Assembly (NCBI GenBank): GCA_028534125.1
Contig: CM052839.1
Location: 1,798,001-1,862,000, forward strand
Source of the DNA: Lama glama
Taxonomy: Eukaryota
Length of the DNA: 64,000 nucleotides
Direction: 5' to 3'
The notes under the pieces were generated by a model. That model was given only the letters and a program-made list of their open reading frames with translations. It was not told where the DNA came from and did no database searches. A program made the translations under genes and the position numbers. Below are positions 51,001 through 60,074 of this stretch, one piece after another; position 1 is the stretch's first letter; every line of letters begins with the position of its first letter.

Positions 51001-52719
51001 TCTCTTCCTCCTCGAAGCACTAAAGGCAGCTTAACAAGGCCCAAGGCAGAAAAGCAAATAGTGTTAACATCCAGGTATTTGGGGCAGTCCTATCCCCTTC
51101 TCCAGTGTCACTGATTTGATCAAGACACTCAGAGAAAACTTTAAAAGAATTGGTAATATCACACTGGGTTTTTGAAAGAACACATGAGTGAAACATGGAA
51201 ACAGTAAATGATCCCCTTCTGGGACAATAACTGGACAGATGCCCGTGGGATTGCCAACCTGACTCCCATCCGAGAGACGGATTCCCTGGGACCCTCACGA
51301 GGGGGCCAGCACCGATGTCACGCCTGTAGCCCTTCCTTTGACCCCTCCTGCCCTCGCACACCAAACTGCTCCCATGCAGTCCCTGTGTTCATCCTGCAGG
51401 CGGTCTCTGCAGGAGCTTCGGGAGGTAGGGAGTGTCTACTGTCTCAGCGCAGGGCCTGGCAGGCCCCGTGAGTGAGTACATAGTTGCCAAAGCACTGCCT
51501 TCCGACAGGTGGTGAGCCACGCCTGGCTTGCCCTTACAGAAACCATGCATCTCCCCTTCAGTGGGAACCATTTGTGAAGCTCCAGGGGTCCTGCCTTCCA
51601 GCACAGAGCCTGTCAGCCTGTCCTCTACGAGGTGGTGGCGTGGAGATTAGGTGTAGGTATATGGAATTCTGTATAGCCATTCAAATTGCTTTTAAAGAAT
51701 GTTCAACATCTATAAAAATGTTTTAAAATGTGTTACGAGAAAGGGAGGCTACAAAGCAGTATATGCAACGTGAACCTATTTAGTTCTTTTCATTTAGTTG
51801 TAAACAGAGAAGAAAATAGGCCAACGTGTTAACAATTGTTGGCTGAGGGTTTTATTGATAACTTTTACTGTGTTACCAGTATTTTCTCAGATTTTCCAAA
51901 TTTCCTTTATAATCATAAATATTGTAGCCTTCAACATCATTATGTGTGAGTGGAAGGAGGAAAAGTTAAGCATAAGGAACTTCCCTCCATAATTACGTCT
52001 AACTTTGGCTGTTTCAGTCCAGTTCCAGGACCATTTTTCTTGACCTCTCGTGTCCCCATACTGAGACCCCAAAAATGAGCAATAATAGTCCCTCCCCCCA
52101 AGTCTAGGGGAAGGTGGATGTGGAGCAAAATAATACAAGGCTGAGTATGACACTTCCTAAAGTCAAGGTGTGAGCAGAGGGCTCTGGGGCTCCCCAGGAA
52201 GGAAGTGGTTAATTCTCAAGGAGGAGAGGTCAGAGAGGGCACCTTTGAAGAGCTGGCTTTTGAGCGATGCCTTGAGAGATGAAAAAGATGTTAACTGGGG
52301 ATAAAGGCATTGCTCTCTGGGGGTGCAGCTAAGCGAGGCACTGAGGTGGGAGTGTGGAGGCAGATTTGGATGTGAATCTCCACTGTGGTCAGAGCGCAGG
52401 GTGGGTGGCGGGGGACACAGCGAGATGAAGCTGAAAGGGGAGGAGAGTGTGACCGGGAGTGGGCCCGAACAGCACACTCAGGAATCCACGGAGGAGTGTG
52501 ATCCAGGCATAAGCTTGAAATTTACAATAGAATACTAACATTTGCTTTGATTTTCCTGGCAATACCAGGAGCTGAGGCAGGGAGGGCTCCCAGTCCCGTA
52601 CCAGGACCAGATTGTGGGGAAAGTTGGCCTGGGGTTAAGCATTTGCTACAAAAATTTCACAGAGGCTAGAAGTTCAATCTCTGCTTGGAGCAGCAGATTC
52701 CTTCTTTCTCCTAACCCGC

Positions 52720-53360
52720 CTGAGGAGAGTGGCTAAGCGCCCAGACCTTCGTGCCAGTCAGACCAGGGTACAAGTAAGCCCCCGAGGACCCTGTTCACCA
52801 GCTAAGTGACCTTGGGTGAACCACTTTAACCTCTCTGAGTCTTGGTTTCTTCATCTCTAAAATGGTAAGAGTATCTCCTTTCTCCTCACTTGATTAAAAA
52901 TAATAATAAATGACACATTTTCTTGAACATTGACAATATGTCCCTGTTTCAAGCACTTTTGCCCATTTTAGTTCATTTAGTCTTCAGAAAAGCCCTCGGG
53001 GGCAGGCATTATTACCATTTCTATTTTACAGATGTGGAAACTGAGACCCAGGGAGGTCAAAAGTGTTTCCAGGTCCAACAATAAGTGATAGAACCGAGAC
53101 ACACCCAGCATGTGACTCAGAGCCCATGCACCTCCCTATATCCCTGGAGGTAACAATGACAATAATTGTAACAGCTAACCCAGAATGCTAACGATATGCC
53201 AGTTATATTTACATTGTCAACTCCTTTACTCCTCAGTGCCTCTGTGCTAGGTATTTACCTTTAGGCCCTGTTTACAGATTAGGAAACTGAGGCAGCAGAG
53301 AGAGTTGCCCTCCTTCCTTCTCAGAGCCAGGATAGGAACTCAGGTGTTCTGGCTGCAAAG
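52720..53360. mobile_element. Cluster of three MIR fragments (one plus, two minus)
   Basis: GTGACCTTGGG...AACCTCTCTGAGTCTTGGTTTC; TTTTACAGATGTGGAAACTGAGACCCAG; TTTACAGATTAGGAAACTGAGGCA. Confidence 0.7.
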
Positions 53361-54412
53361 TCTGCTTCTCATCACGCAAATGCGCTAAATGAATGATGCC
53401 TGTTTTATGTACTGTCATTCTTTCAATTCCCAGGAGGCCTGCCTGTGATCAATTTCCTCCAGATGTTCAGGTCTGATTCCCTCCAGTGATGAAGATCAGT
53501 AGAGGAGGGAGGGGGTGGGGCAGGATGAGTATTCCAGAGTGGATGGAGCTTGGGGAGCAGGGCTGCAGATGGAGGGGCCTCTGGGCCTTGGTGTCCTGGG
53601 GAGGGCTCCTTCGCTCTTGGAGGGAGGGGCCCTCTGCTGCACCAGTAAATGGCCGAGGAAGGAAGGAGGGGAAGCTGGCGCTACCTCCTCAGCTCCTGAG
53701 CTGGGCTCTGGGCACTAGTGGAAATGGCAAAAATGTCAGATTCTTCAGTGGGAGAGCCTCCCTGGGATTATACCCCTGCTAGTTCCAGCATGGTGAGTGG
53801 CGGACCCTTGAGGGCTAAGCGATGTCTTTGAGGGAGATTTCACTTACCAGATGTCTCTTTTAAAGGGAAAACAGAAACCTGTCCCCAAGGCAGGGCTGAG
53901 CCCCTCAGGCTATGACAGGATTGGGTTCCTGGGGTTCAGACCCCCAGCCCAGGCCCCGCACTTGAGCCTGCAAGGCCTACTCTCTTTGGGGTGAGTGGGA
54001 AGGTAGAGCCCAGGCTCAGTTCAGCTCTGTTCCCTAGGCAGGGAAGTGTCGGATGAGGGTGGCTGGTCGGAGGAGTGGAGCAGCCAGTGTAACAGCAGAG
54101 GCAGGGCACAGCTACCACTGCAGGACTGGTTCACCAGAAGGCTGAACTGAGTTTAAAGGAGCAGGAGGATAAACTAATTCATTTACTTATGTAAATGGAT
54201 TTATGGATTTACTTTCCTTCCATAGCTTGTGATTTATTATTACCATTATTTATTTTGATGCTTAGATTGTTCCGGATTTGGCCATTTGCTGGCTCCTGTG
54301 TTCTTTTGCTACATTCCCATCTTCTTTGATACAGTCCCATCCCAACTTTCTTGTGCAAAGAGATGTTTCCACCATCATAGGAAAGACTGCATCAGACTAT
54401 CAATGGATGCTA

Positions 54413-54545
54413 GGGGCGGGGGTATAAAAGTGGTAGAGTACATGCTTAGCATCCACGAGGTCCTGGGTTCAATCCCAGTACCTCCATCAAAAAACCAAAT
54501 AAATAAACAAACAAACCTAATTACCTCCCCCTTGGGAAAAAAAAA
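54413..54545 (+). mobile_element. Vic-1-like SINE
   Basis: GTGGTAGAGTACATGCTTAGCATCCACGAGGTCCTGGGTTCAATCCCAGTACCTCC plus tail. Confidence 0.88.
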
Positions 54546-54569
54546 GAATCTAGGGGGAAATTTTGATAA

Positions 54570-55325
54570 GGAGCAGGCTATTTGAATGGTCTTAAAGTGT
54601 TTCCCCTCAGACTTCTTATTAGTTGCAAAAGCAAAAACAGTAATTATACGATGGAGAAACAAGGCAATGTCGTGACTGGGTGATCTAAATTATTATCACC
54701 TGTGAGGGACAGTGGGCCATCATGTGCCTTTAGATATGCTATCCTGAGGACATGTTGCCTTAGCAGTATTTCAGCTGAGAATGCATAACTAACCTCAATT
54801 TAATCATAGGGAAACAAACACAAAATGAAGAATGTTCTGTTTTTTATAAAGGCAGGGGTCTGTAATGGTTTTTAAAAGGCAGCTATGTAAATGGTGCAGA
54901 TCTAAGGAGACTAAAGAGACAGGACCACTAAATGCAACACCTGACCCTAGACTAGAACTTGTCCTGGAGGGGAGATGCTGTCAAGGACATAATCAGATAA
55001 ACTGGCAAAATTGGAATATGGGTGGTAGATTAAATAAAAGTGTTATATAAGTGTAAATATATAAGGTTAATAACTGGACTGTGGTGTAAGAGCTTATCTC
55101 TATTTCTAGGAAATACACACCAAAGTATTTAGGGGTAAGGTCCATGATGTATAAAATCCTGAAATGGTTCAGAAAAAAAAATTAGAGCCCAAATGTGATT
55201 AAGTAAAGGATAAAATGTTAGCAATTAGGTGGATCTAGGTAAAGAGTATATGGGTGTTTCTTGTACTGTTCTCATTTTTGCAACTTTTTGTAAGTTTGAA
55301 ATTATTTCCAAATAAAAATTTTTCA
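54570..55325 (+). mobile_element. Ancient L1 (L1MC/L1ME-like) 3' region
   Basis: Ends in TTTTTGCAACTTTTTGTAAGTTTGAAATTATTTCCAAATAAAAA, typical of old L1 termini. Confidence 0.7.
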
Positions 55326-55559
55326 AACTGTTCCAGGCTTTGTGTTTTCCCAGCCCAAGACCTGCAATCAGCTTTTCTCCAGAGGCGCCTAGTGAGCAGG
55401 ACTACTTAATCACAATAACAAAACAAACCAAACAAAAAAGTGACTGAGAAGGAAAGGCATTCCTACTGTGTGGGAACAACATGACAGCAGGCAAGAAAGT
55501 GTGAGATATAAGTGTAAATGATAGAAAGGACCGATGCTGGAAAAGTGGGTCTTCTGGAA

Positions 55560-56050
55560 AGCTAACCGATCAAATAGCATTCCAGGATAAACCGTGGCCT
55601 CGCTGCGGAGAGGCAAAACGCAGCCCGGCTGCGGCTTCCCACCGGCCTCTCCCCATTCACGGGCCCATGTGTGATCTGGAAATGGGATGCAATACACCGA
55701 CAGATTCGGTCCTCCTTCAGGGGGCCAACACCATATTGGGAGGCACATCACAGAACTTATTTTATCTATTTACGTAGACTGCGTACAACTATTGTGCAGA
55801 GTGGAGGAACTTCAGCAGGAGGGGAGCAATGCTCTCTGTGAATGAGCTCCCTCATCCGACCAATCAGAACACAGAACACCAGAGACGTCGACCAATCCCG
55901 GCTCGGCAATGCTCTAGTCGGGGTGAGGGGCCGACCTGTCCAGGGTTGGTTGTTTGCGACGGCTCCTCACCAGCGCCGCTCTAAAGCTAGTCTACCCCCG
56001 GGGAAATCGCGGGGAGGAGGCTGGCAAAGTAGATTAGGCTAAATGATGGA
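55560..56050 (+). promoter_or_regulatory. Small CpG-enriched promoter-like element with tandem CCAAT boxes and a CTCF-like site
   Basis: GACCAATCAG (CCAAT 55860-55864) and GACCAATCCC (55892-55896) lie 32 bp apart. Also GACGTC at 55884-55889, CCTTCAGGGGGCCA at 55714-55727, and local CpG retention. Confidence 0.55.
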
Positions 56051-56158
56051 GGGCATCGGATGCTAGGCCTGGCAGTTTGGGAACCACAGTAGGTTGACTG
56101 ATCCAGCCCTGGCAAAACTCACATTTGCCGCGCGCTCTGCAGAACTCCTCTCTTTCAG

Positions 56159-56349
56159 CCATGAGCCCTTGACGCCTCCAAGAGAGCAGGTGGAGCTGAT
56201 GAGGGTTGATTCAGGAGTCTAAGGATGTCAGGCTTTTCTCTCACATCCTGCCTGGGTAGGTGGTGGCGCTCCCTTTCCTCTTGGGAAAGAAGGAGTTCAG
56301 GCCTGTGCCAGGCTAGCAACAAGCTATAAGAACTCTTATTGTCAGAATG
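56159..56349 (+). pseudogene. Candidate ATG-bearing exon of the decayed intergenic gene
   Basis: Acceptor ctcctctctttcag|, gccATG at 56161 and donor ATG|GTGAGA at 56349/56350. The frame has only TGA/TAG stops. Confidence 0.3.
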
Positions 56350-56749
56350 GTGAGATTGCAGAGGGAAACTGCACAACAGACACCGTCTCTGGATATAGTG
56401 CACGTAGGGGGAATGGCGTGAGATGGAACGACTACTCTGGAACATGCAGGTCTCCTAGTCTGGAGATTATTCCCTCAGTGTAACCTGAACCCTCCCTGCC
56501 ATGTATCCAGCAGCCTTCAATTAGCTGCTGTTCAGATGTGTCTCCCATCTAACTCCCATTCCCGAGATGAGGCTCTGGTTCCCATGTTGGATGCCAAATC
56601 TCAAAATCTCAGCGTCTGAGGTGGCAATCAGGTTCGTTGCTCTTTTGGAGAATGCAGTTGGTGCCTCTGAGCGAACTGATGTTGCTATTACTGGATAGGA
56701 TATAGGAGGACCAGGTGGAGGTGGGGTACATTGAATTTGAGGTTCTTTC

Positions 56750-56950
56750 CTCTATACCAGGCTCTGTGCTAAGCCCTTACATGAATTAGATCTTTAATAC
56801 TTTACTAGGTTGGAACTATTATCATCCTTACTTACAGTTGAGGAAACTGAAGCCAGAGAGGTTACATATCTTGCCCAAGGTCACACAGCTCCAACTGACA
56901 CAGCCTGGATTTACACCCCAGGCATGTCAGATTGCAAGCCTCTGCTCTTA
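56750..56950 (-). mobile_element. MIR
   Basis: TTACAGTTGAGGAAACTGAAGCCAGAGAGGTTA...CTTGCCCAAGGTCACACAGC. Confidence 0.8.
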
Positions 56951-57934
56951 ACTGCAACTCTGTGTTACAGCACCTCCCGACTGCCCTTTATGCTAGGGCT
57001 CGTCCTGCTCTGGATCTTCTGGGGGCCTCACTTACCTTGCTGCTGTTTCCCACCTTGGTGCTTGTACCTTGTTTCAGGCTTCCATTTGGGACACATTGAT
57101 ACAAGGGAAAGTCAGCAACAGGCTGCCATGGTCCCACTAAATTGGAACCAGAGATCTAGGGGATGTGGCAAAACATTTGGAATCTACTGTCAAACTCAGG
57201 AACTAGGCTCCCTCCTGGGGAGCCCTGGACTACCTCCACTTTATTTGGGTATCTCCCAGCTCCTTCTGTTCCACTAAGGAGGAATGAACCAACTGCCTAA
57301 AAGTTACAGGAAAGGTTTCAGAGGGAGCAACATTTAAATTAGCCTTTGCAGGGTATCTACGGGCTCACAATAGATAAAGGGTTGCTTGTGGCAGGACATT
57401 CTAGGCCTAAGAAACAGAATATAGCAAGATTCTCTCTCCTTCCTCTCTCTTTTCACAACTCCACTCTCGACCCATTCCTCTCCCTCAGACATCCTGAACA
57501 GCCACAGAGCTTCTGGTGTTGGCAGAGTGGCAGAACTTCCCTTGTGTGGGACAGGCCACCCTGGAGTCAGGGCCTAGTCTCTTGGGATGAAGCTCTGGGA
57601 TTCCAGGAAGGGGGACCCCTCCCTACCTCCTCAGCTGGAAGTGGCTCAGGGGTGCCCACCCAGGCGGGATTCCCTGCTAATCACCCGAATCTTGCCTGTT
57701 CCTCCAGCTAAAATCATCATAGCTGCCTGGGACTAGCAGTGTGACTCAAAGTCCTCTGAGCAATCATGTCCAGCCCAGGGCAGATGCCTGGAGAGGGGAG
57801 GGGGTCAGGGTGGGGATTACACCGCAGGGAGCACAAGGACACTTTCTCCAAAATCTCCCTTCCCCCACTCCCTGGGCCCCTTTCTAATATTCAGGCTCTC
57901 CCTTTTCCTTCTCTCTCTCCCCTTATGAACAAAG

Positions 57935-58057
57935 CTGATTTCTCTTTGGCTCTTTTCCCACCATTAACAAAGCTAGGAATTTCTTGGCTCATGAGCAAGG
58001 GCCTTGGAGATCCAGCCTCCTTCAAGCCAGATCTCTGAGTGGATTTAGGCTGACTCT
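57935..58057 (+). pseudogene. Candidate pseudo-exon A (phase 1-1)
   Basis: Long pyrimidine tract with an AAG acceptor; donor T|GTAAGA. Reads DFSLALFPPLTKLGISWLMSKGLGDPASFKPDL*VDLG*L. Confidence 0.45.
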
Positions 58058-58400
58058 GTAAGAACCGTGGCTTTGGTGACTGCCAATCGACCCCGAAGGT
58101 TAACAAAGAATTAGCTTCTTGTCCCAGTCTCCGAGGATGGTTCCTCTCTCTGTGAGCAGACTCTAGAATTGGCCCTGGTCCATGAGGGTCAGGTATAATC
58201 TGCTCCCAGCCTTGGACCTGGGCACTGACTGCCGACAGACCTGCTGGACCAGTCACTGGACGGGCATGTCCCTTCCGTTCCCCCTTGGTCTCCTCGTTCT
58301 CTCCAGCTGCTGTGCCAAAGGAATAGCTCACAGGCAGAACAGAACGCTGTCCTCAAACGTCCATCTTCAGCCTAGTAATTCTTGCCCAAGCTCTTTGTAG

Positions 58401-58566
58401 CTGTATTTAGGGGGAAATGACACTGGGGTGAAGGGGCTGATGCAGCCAAACGCAGGTGGACTTCACTTTGAGAGAACTCCATAAACAATGTGAATTTACA
58501 AAAACACCCCCAGAGAATTCTTCCTGCACAGTTGGCAGTTACATACATCAGAAAGGATTCACTCCC
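58401..58566 (+). pseudogene. Candidate pseudo-exon B (phase 1-2)
   Basis: Acceptor ctctttgtag|, donor CC|GTAAGA. Reads VFRGK*HWGEGADAAKRRWTSL*ENSINNVNLQKHPQRILPAQLAVTYIRKDSLP. Confidence 0.45.
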
Positions 58567-58610
58567 GTAAGAATAGTGATCTTAAAATTCTTATTCTGTG
58601 TACTCTTCAG

Positions 58611-58747
58611 AGATATTTAGGTGTTGGGAAGGAGGTGGGATATCAACTTAAAGATCATCAGGGATGAAGAAAAATCCTGAGATGATGATGCAAGTCAGTG
58701 GTGATACCGAATCTCAAGTGTGAAAATCCATCCCCTTACCATGACAG
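58611..58747 (+). pseudogene. Candidate pseudo-exon C (phase 2-1)
   Basis: Acceptor ttcttattctgtgtactcttcag|, non-canonical donor CAG|GCCAGT. Reads DI*VLGRRWDINLKIIRDEEKS*DDDASQW*YRISSVKIHPLTMT. Confidence 0.45.
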
Positions 58748-59068
58748 GCCAGTTTTTGTAAAGGGAAGTATTCTTCATCCCCATGGTCCAGGGCCAAGAT
58801 CTGGGTCAAGTTCCTGTCTTGGGAAGGGGACAGCTAACTAGCCAACCCTTGATGGACTGATCCTAGGGGAGGGCTAGATCACACAAAGAACCAATGCAGA
58901 GCTCCTGACCCTCCCTCCATTCCTTTCTTGGGAACAACATGAGCCTTCATTGCCCAAAAGTGAGCAGCCAAGAGAAGGTGGAGTCCAGATCAGTGCACAA
59001 ACCCAGTCAGTATTCAGCCCTGAACCATTACACACTGATCTGCCTGCCCTGCTACTTTCACAAGACAG

Positions 59069-59494
59069 CGGGAGATTATCCAGTAATCTGCCAGGGTCAG
59101 ATCAGCTGTGGGCGATTTATAGGCCCAAATGGGGACAAATGGCATTCTTTCAGGCTGCAAGTCTTTAAGGAAGAAATGGAGAGGACAAGACTGCAGGCCA
59201 GATTTATTAGGCCGGGGAGGGGAAAGTGATTACCAGTCCATGAACACACTGGACTGTCTTGTAGTCCAACAATCCTTGAGGACATTACAGGGGAAACCTC
59301 GGCTATCCCCTCTACATCCCCAACCCAGGTCTCTCCAGAGAGGATTAACCGCAGGGCCCCTCGAGAAGAGTGGAGACACCTGGACAGCCAGGACGGTAAG
59401 ATTAAGCAGCAACTCGGTGAAGTAACACTTCCCATTCTCAGACAGAAACAACATAAGGAACTCCTCCTCCAGCTGTTTTCACTGAGCCAATAAA
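59069..59494 (+). pseudogene. Candidate terminal pseudo-exon D with stop codon overlapping AATAAA
   Basis: Acceptor ctactttcacaagacag| followed by 141 codons with one internal TGA (59227-59229). The terminal TAA (59491-59493) lies inside AATAAA (59489-59494). Confidence 0.5.
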
Positions 59495-60074
59495 GAGACT
59501 AAAGCAACTATCAGAGGAAGTTTGGAAAGCCTCAATTCTTATGTAAAACAGATGTAGGTATCCAAATTTTTTCTTTAAATGAAGTGTCAGATCCATCTTG
59601 ATTTGCTGTTTGGTGATACTGTTACTTGGGTACTTGTCATCTCTCTCTTAACAGCCTCCTTGGAGGCAGCAACCATGTCTTCTTCATCACCTTTATATGC
59701 CCTTCAGTGCCTAGCGGTGCCTGGTACCTTGTTGGTATTCAGTAGACAGCTAGTGAATCCAAATGGGTAGGGGACCCAGACTTTTCAAGTAAAGAAACTG
59801 GGTTTAGGGTATGAAAAGAAATATTTTAAACTCATCTTCTCTGGACTTCACTCAAGCTGACTGGTGGGGTCCTTGTCTTCCTGCAGCCTGTCTGGTGCAC
59901 TTCCACCCTCCCTTCTCAGTGGTATCTCAATACAAGCCAGCCTGACATTAGTCCCTCGCTCTCTCTCTCCAGCCCAATACCAAGATGTGTACACCTGGAG
60001 AAGCAGTGCTTCAAAAATTTCTCTGTCATCACAGTGAACTGGTGAAGCTTCTGAGGTATTAAGCAATCCATCAT

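Noticed and set aside
58612-58690. Resemblance of DI(Q)VLGRR to p63/p73 DGQVLGRR
   Set aside because: The following ICACPGRDR motif and the zinc ligands are absent; likely coincidence.
57935-59493. Multiple in-frame TGA codons read as selenocysteine or readthrough
   Set aside because: A TAG is also in frame, the poly(A) signal overlaps the stop leaving no room for a SECIS, and CGA>TGA decay is the simpler explanation.
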